Shown here: piece by piece, positions 43,498 through 58,162 of the stretch
How positions within the stretch are numbered: the first letter of the stretch is position 1
How the letters are laid out: every line of letters begins with the position of its first letter
NCBI GenBank assembly: GCA_951406725.2
Contig: OX597818.1
Span: forward strand, 71,858,001 to 71,922,000
DNA: 64,000 nucleotides
Reading direction: 5' to 3'
Source of the DNA: Octopus vulgaris
Lineage: Eukaryota
The notes under the pieces: model-generated
What the model saw: only the letters and a program-made list of their open reading frames with translations
Told to the model about the DNA's origin: nothing
The model's database searches: none
Program-made: the position numbers and the translations under genes

Positions 43498-43899
43498 CAT
43501 ACATACACATAGATGCATAAACATACGCACATAAACGCACATGCATTGTTCTGTACATAGTTTGTTGAAGAGCCTGCCATTAGTACACTCATAGAATAAC
43601 AGAATAGCCAAATCCTTGAATTAATTCCAGTTTGTAGAGTTTCCTGTTCAGAATCTGCCCCACAATCCCGATCATTGCCAAGACGGTAGAGATAATCCTA
43701 GTTATTGCCACTGACATTGTGATAAATTATAGAGATAGCTTATCGAAGATTAGTTCTGTTTAAACTTTTACATAGCGAGGTCATCGATATGTAACAAAGA
43801 CAACAAAAACCATTTGGAGGGGGTGGGGGCTTTAAAATATCCAGAAAAGAAAATGGAAATGGTTCAAAAGAGACAGGTATGAGGGAAAAGGAGAAACAA

Positions 43900-44700
43900 T
43901 AGGCATTGTGAAAATCATACAAACTAATATAAAAAAGAAAGGGCTATTATAACGAAGCGATAGCAAAAACAGTCTCTACATGGTCAATACCTGTTGAATA
44001 GGGTAGAAGTGTTTGCGAAATCTATGATTATAAAACGACTCTAAAGGGCTTTTGATTGTGGCAGAGGATCAAAGCCTTTTCACCAAGATCTACTAAAAAC
44101 ATTTAATGATGCAGAATTGCAGAATACGTGAAGATGAGGAGGAAATTGTTACAATATTATTTCTGGTTGTCTTGTTTTAACCAAGAATGAATATATTGAT
44201 AAACATGAAATGTTTTTCTTACTCTTGAAATTATACCAGATCAAATACCAACTGAAAAGAGGTGGTGTAAGCATACACCAGAAAAAGTGGAGAAAATGAC
44301 AAAGTAACTGTATTTACCAACATACAAAGACAAGGAGAACAAGGCTAAATAGCCAGATATTGTTGTCAAGGATAAGCAAATAAGGGGGTGCCTTCTGATG
44401 AGAAACCGTATTTCTAAAAAGAAATAATTTAAATATAAAGACGTGAATCTGCAAACCAAAACAGTTCTTAAACCAATACGTTCATTGGAAATGATTACAA
44501 ATATGCAGACAAATGCATAACCCAAACATTAGAACATAGGAGAAAAATAACACAAGATACTGTAAATACATCATTTAGAGAAATTTCAATATTACGAAAT
44601 ATAAAAACAAAAGAGAACACTGCATAGAGTTGCAGTCGGTTGAGCAGTAAACATAAACAATAAAAACAAGATTCCGAAATGACAAAGTTAACCACGACGT
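43900..44700 (+). mobile_element. Old, heavily decayed R4/Dong-like LINE
   Basis: Remnants VAEDQSL, CRI and KRWCKHTPEKVEK, collinear with 8253-9159. Confidence 0.65.
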
Positions 44701-44780
44701 GAAGTGAACATAAAGAGCCGAAAGAAATGCTGTTAAGCATTTCGTCCGACGCCCAAACAACCACACAATCTCGCTGCCCT

Positions 44781-44815
<35 letters not shown>

Positions 44816-44832
44816 TAATAATAACAATAATA

Positions 44833-45480
44833 ATGGACAAGAAACAATAAATCATATTATCTCTAGCTGCCCAGTCTTGGCTAAGAAGGAATATATTCAC
44901 AGACATGACAGAGTTGGAACCTACATACATTGCAAGCTATGCCAACATTATGGAATAACAACAGAAAAAAGATGGTATAGGCACACACCAGAAAAGGTCA
45001 CAGAAAACGAGAAAGCAACCATACTCTGGGATATGCCGATACACACAGATAGAGAAATTAAGGCCAACAGACCAGATATAGTTGTCAGAGATCATGAAGA
45101 AAAAAAATGCTTTCTAATTGATGTATCAATACAGGCTGATGACAACGTGTCTCTAAAAGAAATGGAGAAACTCTCAAAATACAAAGACCTGGAAATAGAG
45201 GTAACTAGAATGTGGAATCTGAAAACAGAAACAATTCCTATCATAGTAGGTGCATTAGGCATGATAAAAAAATATTCAGACAAATACATAACAAAAACAC
45301 CAGGACTTACAAACACATATAACATACAGAAAATTGCACTACTAGGCACTGCACACATCCTACGCAGAACACTTTCCATACAATAACCATCAGAGCATCA
45401 CAACAAATCACAGCACATACCCAAGGCACACAGAGCTGTGCTCGGTAGTGAAGTGAAAGCACGCTATAAAAATAAAACTA

Positions 45481-45483
<3 letters not shown>
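44833..45483 (+). mobile_element. 5'-truncated R4/Dong-like LINE, family A
   Basis: Nearly identical to 8525-9159. Uninterrupted RLE C-terminus (ANRPDIVV..LIDVS..EKLSKYKDL) with (AAT)n on both sides. Confidence 0.92.
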
Positions 45484-45527
<44 letters not shown>

Positions 45528-45529
<2 letters not shown>

Positions 45530-46083
45530 GCCCTGATGCAGTACCAGGCAGTGGCTCTCATGGCTTCTGATCTTAATTGATTGGAAGTGTTATCATGTAC
45601 ATTGTTTTGTCTTGGTATAAAAGATGGGCTACAGCAAATATTCTGCTCAATACCACAGATTTGCTTGTCAGTTGTTTGACCTTAACCAGTTGAGCATGTC
45701 CCTTAGTGGCTGACGATATGTGCATCTCTGATCACGAGCAGAAGTAGTGGGGGAGCATCATAGCCATGTGTTGAGAGGGATTCTTTGGGGTTTGAATAAT
45801 TCACCTCTGGAAACACGGGTGGTTCTTTCAACATCCTTAAACAACCCTTATTCAGGGACCTTTTGAGCGGGATGGGCTACTCAACCTGAAGAAAATTCTA
45901 ACTGGGCCCCACCTGCAAGGTCATGTGCTGTTTATCTTGATATGAGATCACCATGTCGCGCACATATGGTTGTGATGCATGTGCCTGGTGTACCTTTATC
46001 AGACGGGTAGTCATGATGGGTATATTGGACTTCGTATATTTTACCCCAGTGTCACTTTGATGGCATGAACTGCTCTCTCACTC
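45528..46083 (+). mobile_element. 556-bp (AAT)n-associated non-coding element, full copy (partial copy at 46187-46638)
   Basis: ATGCCCTGATGCAG...CTCTCTCACTC between (AAT)n tracts. Confidence 0.9.
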
Positions 46084-48449
46084 AATAATAATAATAATAA
46101 TAATAATGATAACAACAACAATAACAACAACAACAACAACAACAAAAACAACAATAATAATGATTTCAAAATTTGGTACATGGCCAGATGGGCTACAGCA
46201 AATATTCTGCTCAATACTACAGATTTGTTTGTCAGTTGTTTGACCTTAACCATGTCCCTTAGTGGCTGACGATATGTGCATCTCTGATCACGAGCAGAAG
46301 TAGTGGGGAAGCATCATAGCCATGTGTTGAGAGGAATTTTAGGGGGTTTGAATAATTAACGTTTGGAAACATGGGTGTTCTGTTCAACATACTTAAACAA
46401 ACCTTATTCAGGGACATTTTGAGCGGGATGGGCTACACGACCTGAAGAAAATTCTAACTGGGTCCCACCTGCAAGGTCATCCGCTGTTTATCTTGATATG
46501 ACATCACCATGTCGCGCACATATGATTGCGATGCATGTACCTGGTGTACCCTTACCAAACAGGTAGTCATGATGGGTATACTGGGCTTCGTTTATTTTAC
46601 TCTAGTGTCACTTTGATGGCACACACACTGCTTTCTCAATCAGGAATAATAATAATAATCCTTTCATCTATAGGCATAAGGCTTGAAATTTGGGGGAGGG
46701 GACTCAACACTGTTGGAACACTGGATGAGTATGTACAGAACAGTTTCGCTGCTCTGCACGCAGCTCGGCAGGCTCGGCTGACGGCACTTTTATGCCCATT
46801 GAGTTTATCTCGAACCAGCAATGTCTTCTAGAAATAAGCTGTATGTGGGTTATGGAAAAAGCATAACAAACAGTATTAGAACGTAAGGAAACCCCTGAAA
46901 ATCATAGCAGGGTTCGAAAATCTTCACAGCATATAGCTTTGCTAGACGCAGCTATATCTTATGTAGAATATATTTATTGTAAGACTACATCCCACATACC
47001 ACATACTCTAAACCAGGGAAAACTTCTCTTATTGTTGAATCCTTCGTGAAATCGTTGGTGACTTATTAACCTCATCATGCTAATTTCTAGAATAAACTTA
47101 CAGCATAATCAATAAAAATTTTTCTTTGATCATGAAACAATAATTCCATCATTGCTTTTAATAAAAAAATATTTAAAGAATTAGTGATGTCCACTGGCGG
47201 ACTCAAGGGAGTTAACACAAGGGAGATAATCATTTCTTCAGACTGGAGGAATTAGAAGTTTGAATTGAAAATAAGGAATAAAGAAAACGATGCATAGAAT
47301 ATATTTATTTAATATTTTTGTTGTTGCTGCTTGCTTATTACGAAGTTCTTAGAATTTCTAGTGAGTTGTAATCATGTATAGCATTATTTTAGTGAAAATA
47401 TTTAACGAAATCAATAAAAGAAAAAATATCACTCATTGATATAGTTGAAATATTTAATGTGAAATATGTGTTTGGAGAATACTAGCTATTGTATCGATAT
47501 TTGGCTTGAAACTGGTGAGTTTTATAGCCTTAAATTATAGCGCTCTCTCTCATTTCGTTCGCGAATAATTCAGCTTCCTTAACGCTCAAAATTGTTTCAG
47601 GTGTTTATTGACTCCATGGACAGCCACATAGGCCTATAGGAGTCAACTTCTCGTTGCCAACTTCCTTTCTATACAATCATCTACTAACGATATAACGTTA
47701 CTCATTCACCACATTGTGTGCGGAATCACGACGTAATAAGACCACCAACACAACACATTCTCTCCGGAGACAATTCCCAACAGCTAAACAAAACGATTTA
47801 CATTGTTCTAACGCTACACAAAAGAGAAGACACTAAAATGTCCTACGTAAGAAACGTATAACAATAGCATTGATGTCTACATCGTCGTCATCCTTTATCA
47901 TCTCTACCCTCCTCCTCCTCCTCCTCCTGTTGCTGCTGCTGCTGTTCCTTATCAGCGTCATCATCATCTTTCAATTCGACCGCTCTTCTTAATTTTCTAT
48001 TTTCAATTCCTCTTCTTTTCCACTTCCTCGTCTCCCACGTCATAACCAGTAACCCTTATCCAGACTCTTTATCATCGATGTACACCCCCACAAGCCCGAC
48101 AACCCTACCCGACACCCTCACACGTCCCCCGCTCTAATACGCCCGACACCCTTACAACCCAATAACTGACTGCGAAGCAACTTAATCAATAAGAAAATCA
48201 AGAACAATAAAATCACAAAAGAAACAAGTATATCAAATAATCAACAAATAAAATGAAATAAAACAATGTAAAATAAAAAGACAAACATTAGTAAAACATA
48301 AAAGAACGAAGCCAAGTTTCATAAAGACTATTCTTTACTTCTCTGCCCCCCTCCCTCGCGTCACCTTGGGCAACTATCTTCTATAGTCTCGGGCCGATCA
48401 GTGTCTTGTTAGCGAATTTGGTAAACGGAAGGTATGTAGGAGCGCTCCG

Positions 48450-48521
<72 letters not shown>

Positions 48522-48962
48522 CATATACACACACATATATGTATACACATATGTATATATGTACCGTATGGTTGTAATTTAGATTCTTGGCGGCACGTTG
48601 TGTTCTTGAGCAAGACACTTTATTTCAGGTTTCTCCAGTCAATTCAGCTGGCAAAAATGAGTAGTACCTGTATTTCAAAGGGCCAGCCTCGACACATTCT
48701 GTGTCACACTGAATCTCCCTTGAGAAGTACGTTAGAGGTACACGTGTCTGTGAACTGCTCAGCCACTTGCATGTTAATTTCACGAGCAGGCTGTTCCGTT
48801 GACAGGATCAACGGGAATCCTCTTCGTCGTAATCAACAGAGTGCCACTTAACAGTATAAATGTGTGTGTATATATATATATATACGCATATACATACATA
48901 CATACATACATACATACATACATACATGCATCTCTCTCTCTCTCTCTTTCTATATATATATA

Positions 48963-51900
48963 CTAGCATTATCGCCCGGCGTTGCTCGGGTTTTTAAGGG
49001 AAATAACTATATAAGCATTTTTAGAGAGTTATAGCCAAAAAATAGCAAAAAAATGCATTAAAAATTGAAAAAAAATTAAGGTAAATTTTTTTTTAAATCG
49101 TTGACACATCGTAGATATTTTTAGAGAGTTACTTCCCTTATATAAAAGCGAAAAAAATGCGCATTAAAATGGAAAAATATGATGGTAAATTTTTTTTAAA
49201 TCGTAGACTCATCGTAGACGCACGCTAATACCCAGAAGGGCTCGATATGAATCACGACTATAAGATACCCGCTTTTGGTTAAACTGCACCGCAAAATGTG
49301 GGAGTAGTTAGGAATCTAAATCGTAGGAGACAGACACACAACTTCACTCTTATATAAAGATGCTTTTTTTTTCAGTCATAGAGTTAGATTTATGAAGGTC
49401 TTCAGTAGAAAATCCTTCGAATTCTGACTCGCTGCTTGATATAATGAAATTCGTATCCATTTTTTGTCAGAATTACAAATTTTGAAAACACAATAGGAAA
49501 TGAGTAAAATAAAAACCAACTTACCTTTTCTGTCCGTCCGTGTGTCTTTGCAAATGTGTTGGAATGATAAGTGAGTTGTGATTTGGCGCCTTTTTTACTA
49601 ATAACAAACACACACGTGTTTGTATGTAGTTGTATGTGTATGTAGTTGTATGTAGTTGTATATGTATGTGTATGCGTGTGTGTGAGGAATGACACACACA
49701 CACTCACGCACGTACACATGTACATCAATACTTTCGGAGTGATATGTTAAAATATTGAGTTTTCTCGAATTTTGTCTTAATTGGTGGTAAAATTGAAAGA
49801 AATTTTTTATGGTATCACCCACTGAAGTACTCTGAAAAATCTTAGGTAAACTCTAATTGAAGAAATTGTGTATTTATTTGTTTCTGTTTGCTGTGTTTTT
49901 TTATTTTTTGAGTAGTGGTTTAAATACTTTCACTTTAGTCTTCCTCAAATCACTCTGTCGCTATTTACTTTCATTTTATTCGTCGCACACTGTGTGTGCG
50001 TTTGCGTGTGGTGTAAACCAGACTAAGAAAAGCATTTGACACACACACCAGAATGTGAGTTTTCTGTAAATTTTGCTTAATTGGAGTTTAAATTTTAAAA
50101 ACTGGACCTGGCATGACGCGATGCATTGTACTCTTAAAAATGCTAGGTAAATTGTAATTGAAGAAATCCTATATTGTAGATTTGTATAACTCCCAAAGGG
50201 AGGCAGATAAAATCTGCCTTTTATAATAAGACTAGCAGAATTGCCCGGCGTTGCTCGGGGCTGAATTGCTTGAAAGTACTGTTAATGATTGCACTGAATT
50301 ATGATGATTATTCAGGCAAATATTGAAATAAGCTTACGGTGGGAGGTAAGGACTTAACGCCAAACGTGTGCCATTGCATTGTTTTGGGGGAACCAAATTT
50401 CTGATGAGCATTATAGGGGCACTAACTTTAAGTTTGAGAAAGTGTGGTGGTAGTCCGGGGTGCTCAAAGCAATTGAGTACCTCTATTGGATAGTTGATGA
50501 CGTCCTCTGGGTCAGGAGTTGTATCGATAGACTGATATACATCGACTTCCCCAGGAATGAGTTTTAGCATTTCATCATTAATATGGTGAACAGTTTTATT
50601 CCTCGGGGCCAGTATAGCCTTTTTTGCCAATCCAATCCATATTCTGATAATTAGCTTGTAAATCTGGGAACACTGCATCTCTGAGATCAGAAGGCGTCTT
50701 AACAATGGTACAAATGGAATCGATGGCAATATTACCATTTTCATCCCCTGGTATTTTGCCTTCGCCAAGTGCAAGGAGGGTGTGAGGAAATGCTGGTGAT
50801 GTGATATTACGTCGCATATGAGCACGCATATTGGTGTGAAGTTTGAGAGTTACTTCCGTTTATTTTAAAAAATATGCATCAATGGTACAAATGGAATCGA
50901 TGGCAATATTACCATTTTCATCCCCTGGTATTTTGCCTTCGCCAAGTGCAAGGAGGGTGTGAGGAAATGCTGGTGATGTGATATTACGTCGCATATGAGC
51001 ACGCATATTGGTGTGAAGTTTGAGAGTTACTTCCGTTTATTTTAAAAAATATGCATTAAAATGGAAAAAAATGATGGTAAATTATTTGTAAAATCATAGA
51101 CTCATCGTAGACGCGCGCTAATACCCAGAAGGGCTCGATATGAATCACGACTATAAGATACCCGGTTTTGGTTAAACTGCATCGCAAAATGTGGGAGTAG
51201 TTAGGAATCTAAATCGGAGTAGACTGACACACAACCTTTCTTTTATATATAAATACATACATACACACACACATACATACACACACACACACATACATGC
51301 ATACATACATATACACATAAACCGAGTAAAAAATTTCAGTTATCTCTCTCTTTCACACATTACTCTCTGTCTCTTCACACACACTAACAGAAGCACTTCA
51401 CTTACACAACATACTGTCTGTCTCCCACACTCCATCAAACACACACACACACACATGTACATCAATGAGTCCCATGCACGGTAACTTCAAAGGAACTTCC
51501 CTCGTCATACAATCGCTTTCTCTTAGTCTCTTTCGCTCTCATTACTTATGTAAAAAAATAAAAGTTTTTTCTATGTGTGTATACAAGGAAGTGGGAGGCA
51601 GAGTGAAAGAATCACTCACTACAGTAAGTGAATTACTTTCATTTATTCCTTGCCCACTGTGTGTGTGCGTTTGCGTGTGCTGTAAACCAGACTAAGAAAA
51701 GCATTTGACACACACACCAGAATGTGAGTTTTCTGTAAATTTTGCTTAATTGGAGTTTAAATTTTAAAAACTGGACCTGGCATGACGCGATGCATTGTAC
51801 TCTCAAAACTGCTAGGTAAATTGTAATTGAAGAAATCCTATATTGTAGATTTGTATAACTCCCAAAGGGAGGCAGATAAAATCTGCCTTTTATAATAAGA

Positions 51901-53475
51901 GATATTATATATATATATATATACTAGCAGTATCGCCCGGCGTTGCTCGGGTTGTAAGGGAAATAACTATATAAGCATTTTTAGAGAGTTATAGCCAAAA
52001 AATGCATTAAAAATTGAAAAAAAATTAAGGTAAATATTTTTTAAATCGTTGACACATCGTAGATATTTTTAGAGAGTTACTTCCCTTATATAAAAGCGAA
52101 AAAAATGCATTAAAATGGAAAAATATGATGGTAAATTTTTTTAAATCGTAGACTCATCGTAGACGCACGCTAATACCCAGAAGGGCTCGATATGAATCAC
52201 GACTATAAGATACCCGCTTTTGGTTAAACTGCACCGCAAAATGTGGGAGTAGTTAGGAATCGAAATCGTAGGAGACAGACACACAACTTCACTCTTATAT
52301 AAAGATGCTTTTTTTTTTTCAGTCATAGAGTTAGATTTATGAAGGTCTTCAGTAGAAAATCCTTCGAATTCTGACTCGCTGCTTGATATAATGAAATTCG
52401 TATCCATTTTTTGTCAGAATTACAAATTTTGAAAACACAATAGGAACAAATTTCGGAAAAAAATCTCCCATAATTCACGGAATTAAAATTACACTTCGAT
52501 TTTTGTACAAAACTGTAGTTGAAGTGTTTACGAAGTATAATACGTGTTTTCACGAATGTACTAAAGAGATTTGCTCTGATATTCTCATTTAAATATGAAT
52601 AGGTAAATTCGGGCGGCTTGGTAACTATATATAAGTGTCGTCTGTTTATACATAAACACTGTTTCATACTGCAATTATGTATACATATATCTATATATAA
52701 TATTATATAATAAAATATATACAGAGTAAAATAAAAACCAATTTACCTTTTCTGTCCTCCGTGTGTCTTTGCAAATGTGTTGGAATGATAAGTGAGTTGT
52801 GTTTTTGCGCCTTTTTTACTAATAACAAACACACACGTGTTTGTATGTAGTTGTATGTGTATGTAGTTGTATGTAGTTGTATATGTATGTGTATGCGTGT
52901 GTGTGAGGAATGACACACACACACTCTCGCAAGCACACATGTACATCAATGCTTTCGGAGTGATATGTTAAAATATTGAGTTTTCTCGAATTTTGTCTTA
53001 ATTGGGGGTGAAATTGAAAGAAATATATTATGGCATGAGCGAATGGAGTACTTTGAAAAATCTTAGGTAAATTCTAATTGAAGAAATTGTGTGAGGACTA
53101 AATGGTTATGTATTTATTTGTTTCTGTTTGCTGTGTTTTTTTATTTTTTGAGTAGTGGTTTAATTACTTTCAGTTTAGGCTTCCTCAAATCACTCTGTCG
53201 CTATTTACTTTCATTTTATTCGTTGCCCACTGTGTGTGTGCGTTTGCGTGTGGTGTAAACCAAACTAAGAAAAGCATTTGACACACACACAAGAATGTGA
53301 GTTTTCTGTAAATTTTGCTTAATTGGAGTTTAAATTTTAAAAACTGGACCTGGCATGACGCAATGCATTGTACTCTTAAAAATGCAAGGTAAATTGTAAT
53401 TAAAGAAATCCTATATTGTAGATTTGTATAACTCCCAAAGGGAGGCAGATAAAATCTGCCTTTTATAATAAGAGA
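48963..53475 (-). mobile_element. Tandem array of three composite Helitrons (48963-50231, 50232-51902, 51924-53475)
   Basis: On the minus strand each unit starts TC(TC)TTATTATAAAAGGCAG and ends with a CCCGAGCAACGCCGGG hairpin plus CTAG. Confidence 0.9.
50334..50850 (-). pseudogene. Helitron PIF1-like helicase fragment
   Basis: AILAPRNKTVHHIN...YPIEVLN...GLPPHFLKLKVSAPIMLIRNL...CNGTRL, frameshifted. Confidence 0.9.
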
Positions 53476-53643
53476 TATATAAGCGATTTTTATATCGTAC
53501 TTGAAGCGTATATGCTGTTGAAACGCTTCAATATATGTATGCTTACATGTTTTAAGTATGATGGACAAATCGCTAATTTAAACTAATCCTGGTTGCGACA
53601 CTTAGTGACGAATCTGTCTGTCTGCTAACATCAATAGAAAAAA

Positions 53644-55326
53644 CGGATCTTTTCCTTTTGAAAGCCAGATTTTCCTAGTTAACTAAACAATTTGAAACTT
53701 CGTATACTGGTAGAATGTGTCAAAAGAAAACATAATTGTAAACCAAAATGAAAATGAAATTGTAATTTCTAAGTTTAACCTTGTTTAAAAATTCGAATTT
53801 TAACCAATGGTATTCTTTCTTTCGGCCTCATATTATTTACTGCTTCTCAAAATATTGTTAGTGACGTAAACAGCTATTTTGTGACGTAGCTAACGTATCA
53901 AAATGTAAACATCACCGTCCCATATAACAAAGTCCTAAACAGACAGAATAATAATAAAAATACGGCGGGCTTTCGAAATAGCTGTCGAGAATAAAATGAA
54001 ATTTCGATGGTAAATTTTTGGAGGGGTTTCGGTAATTTTCGTCACTCTAAAATACATGTAATTCGCATTAAATCTTATTTTTCTGAAAAATCCACGTTTT
54101 AAAACATTTTTACTGCCCACCACCTTCCTTAATAATATTTCTTTCCCCAGTAAGTACAAGGCCTGAAGCTGATGGGAAGAACTAGTCGATTGTATTCAAC
54201 TGGTACTTATTCTATAAGCGCTGCCCGAAAGAAGGAAAGCTCAGCAATATTCGAACATGGAACGTAAAGATTCGTAAGAAATGACGCTAGGCATTTTATC
54301 CGATGCACTACCGATTCTGCCAGCTTTACATTATATTTTTCGTCGAAGTTTAACTATGTCACCTTGATGATATATTTTTACGCGTGGACAAATAATAGAG
54401 AGATAATGTGGATCAGATGATATTACATGCTGACAAGGGCTTGGTAAAGGACTGTTAGAATGTTTAGGGATACGGTCCTATACGTTCGGGTTTCAACCCT
54501 CACCGGAATTCAAAACAAGCTGTCTGTTCTTCCACGGTCGAGAAAATACATCGATCAAGTATTGGAGATCGATATAAATGATTATACCCTCCACTCACCC
54601 CAAAATATATGCTTTGTGTCTATAATCAATATTACAAATATATTGTTATTGCTATTTAACTCATGTCATCCTGATAAACCCGGTTGAGGATCAAAGGGTT
54701 CCAACTATGACCAACCCGTATTTTTGCGCCCCTCCCACTTTTTTTCAGATATAGCATCTATGATTATATTAGCCAATGTACCCTTCCTTTAACCCAGTAG
54801 TATATGGTTTTAAGGGGATTTGGGTGTTATTCCTAGCACATCGACGAGCGAAAACGCAGAGGGGCCCTGATTATGTGCGAGTATGCGTATGGATGGGTAT
54901 GTGTGTGTATGTGGGTGCATACAAGCCAAATAACCGGTTCAAGGCGTGTGTCAAACTGAAGAATCAAAGCGTGTGCACAAGTTTATAGTAAATATATACA
55001 TTGTATAGAGAAAACACCCGAAGCCTATACAAAAACACTGAATATGTGTTTATTATTCATCCAAAGTAAACAGTACGTGTGTGCTGTTTACGTCACAGTA
55101 ACAATATGTTTAGACGGAGCAAATAATTTCAACTGAATACAGAGAATACGATTGGTTAAAATTCGCAGATTTAAACTACGTATAAACTTATAAAATACAT
55201 TTTTGTCAAAAAAACTAGTTGAACTTATTGTTTTCTTTTGACACATTCTACCAGTATACGAAGTTTCAAATTATTTAGTTAACTAGAAAAATCTGAAAAA
55301 TCTGGCTTTCAAAAAGAAAAGATCCG
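53644..55326. mobile_element. Non-autonomous TIR element with ~90-bp inverted ends
   Basis: 53644-53732 and 55229-55326 are reverse complements (GAAACTTCGTATACTGGTAGAATGTGTCAAAAGAAAACA). A SINE fragment lies inside. Confidence 0.7.
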
Positions 55327-55639
55327 AAAAAACACCAATGGAATAAGAACCACACTAAATATAAAAAAAGACCCCCTCTCTGCCAAAAAAATCCCATTAG
55401 GTATTGTGGCCGATTCGTTAGACTAAACCCTTCAAAACCCTTCAAGGCGGTGCCCCAGTATGGACGCAATTCGATGACTGAGACAAGTAAAAGATACAAA
55501 GATAAAAAAATTCCCCACCAACATTCACCTAAAATATAGAACGTTATTATCTAAAGCAGAAATACAGCTGTCGTTGATACCTACAAATACGTCAGTGCCA
55601 TTGGTTCTTTTAATGAACAATGTGGCGCCGTTGCCTTAC

Positions 55640-56010
55640 ACTGGTAGTGGTGGTGGTGAAGATGGTGGTGATGGTGTTGGTAATGGTAGTAGTAGAAGTA
55701 GTAGTAGTCGTAGTGGTGGTGGTGGTGGTGGTGGTGAGGATGTTGACGATGGTGGTGGTGAGGATGGTGGCGATGTTGGTAGTAGTGGTGGTGGTGGTGG
55801 TGTTGACGATTGTGGTGACCGTGGTGGTGATGATGACGGTGATGGCGGTGGTAACGATCGTGATGGTGGTGGCGACGTCGGTAGTGAAGATGATGGTAAT
55901 GGTGGTGGTGATGATAGGGTGACAATTGTTGTGGTGTTGATGGTGTTGTTGGTGGTGGTTTTGATGGTAGGGATGATGGTGCTGAGATGGTGAGTGGTGG
56001 TGAGGTTGTT
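55640..56010. repeat. (GGT/GAT)n low-complexity tract
   Basis: Directly visible; explains the overlapping Gly/His/Val/Pro ORFs. Confidence 0.9.
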
Positions 56011-56333
56011 ATCTTCTTTCATATGCGATAGGTAATTCCTCAACAATCAACGTTTCCAATAAAATCAATGAACAATTGACGTCATCACCGTTGCATTTAG
56101 AAATGGGCACCATTACTTGCCTTTCTATATCGCTTACTCCATCCACCTCTGCACACTTATTTTTCTCTTCATTTTCATCTCTCCTCTTTCCTTTCTTTCT
56201 CCACTATTCATTCATCTCGCACTTCATTCCTTCCCCACGTTCTTGACTTGTGTAATCACAACGGATTGGGGAAAGTGTATCGGCGTCTTATCACGGGAAA
56301 TGCTTTTCAACGTTATACAGACACACGCACTCA

Positions 56334-56410
<77 letters not shown>

Positions 56411-56585
56411 GAACGCACACATATTTTGTGTTTACTTGTTTCAGTCATTAGGAAAAGTCGAAAGCTGCCTATATCTTATTCTCTTCAAAAGGCTTTTTTA
56501 ACACGATATTTACAAGCTAGTACTTACAGCTTTATATGTTTCGAAATCCACTTGCAGAAAGAATTTACGTTCTTTCCACACAGAT

Positions 56586-56702
<117 letters not shown>

Positions 56703-57172
56703 CTTGTGCGCGAGCGCGCGTGCATCTGTGATACTTAATTTTAATTATTGGCATCAAATTTTGGCACATACCCTCGAGGGTATGTTTGTGTCAATGTTTT
56801 TAGTAGCACTATGATACACACACACACACACATGTACACACACAGACAAACACACATACATGTACACACACAGACAAACACAGATGCATGCCCATATAAC
56901 GATAAACATCATAGAAGAACAGAATGGAATAAGCAGAGCAATAGCAAACATGAAGACAGAAAGTGTCACTGAGGAGGTCACAGGTGTGTTACGAAAGATT
57001 TCCGGACAATGGACATGAGTTAGAATAAAAACAGTAATATACATATATATCGTGCGGGTGTTTATTTGACAAAAAAATGACCGTTCCTAAATACAACAGT
57101 ATATATATATATATATGTATGTATATACGTATATACATGTATATATATATATACACATAGATACATACATGC

Positions 57173-57263
<91 letters not shown>

Positions 57264-57304
57264 TAGATAGGCAGATAGATGTATGTGTGTATATTGTTGC
57301 TTAT

Positions 57305-57945
57305 AAAATAAGCAACAAGAATAACTTCGGTAATTTGGTACGATCGTTTCATGCTAATCATTTTATTAAATGTTGGAAGTATTACAACTGTTTTAAAATG
57401 CTGAGCACTCATCGGCCATTAATAGAGGTTTTCCATTAATACATAATTTTCATATCAATTGATAACATTATAGAGAAGGTAGATATATAGACAAAGATGT
57501 GGATTTAAATTTTAAGAACATTTAAGGTAGTGGAGTTTATCAACTGACTGAAGAATATTCAGTTGTTTTGAACTGCTAGAAGGTTTTGAGAAGAATGAAC
57601 AATTGAAAGGAGACAAGAAAGATTTTCTATTTATAGAAATTGGGGTGAAATAGATGTCAAAGTTCTATATAAAGAAATTGAGGTAGAGAGAAAGGGTTGT
57701 CAACCCTTGATATGAAAATTATGTATTAATGGAAAACCTCTATTAATGGCTGATGAGTGCTCAGCATTTTAAAACTGTTGTAATACTTCCAACATTTAAT
57801 AAAATGATTAGCGTGAAACGATCGTACCAAATTACCGAAGTTATTCTTATTGCTTATTTTGATTATAACCACCCCATGGATTTATATGGATAACACCATA
57901 CAAAATTCTGGTGCATCTAACTTAAGTACCATATTCGTTTGAATC
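57305..57945 (+). mobile_element. Hammerhead-bearing element with 154-bp inverted arms
   Basis: Arms 57305-57458 and 57707-57860. The tail is shared with 23220-23320. (TA)n lies nearby on both sides. Confidence 0.8.
57747..57829 (+). ncRNA. Type I hammerhead ribozyme motif
   Basis: TGG-CTGATGA-GTGCT...AGCGT-GAAAC(GATC)GTA-CCA with a long extended helix II. The antisense arm copy has CCGATGA. Confidence 0.7.
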
Positions 57946-57961
57946 TAAATTTTGCTGAACT

Positions 57962-57992
<31 letters not shown>

Positions 57993-58048
57993 TAAAGGTC
58001 ACAATACATGTATTAAAGGGCTACATATTTTCTATCATGGATCAGTAC

Positions 58049-58162
<114 letters not shown>

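Noticed and set aside
55574-56046. Gly-, His- or Pro-rich ORFs
   Set aside because: Several frames are open because of the (GGT)n repeat.
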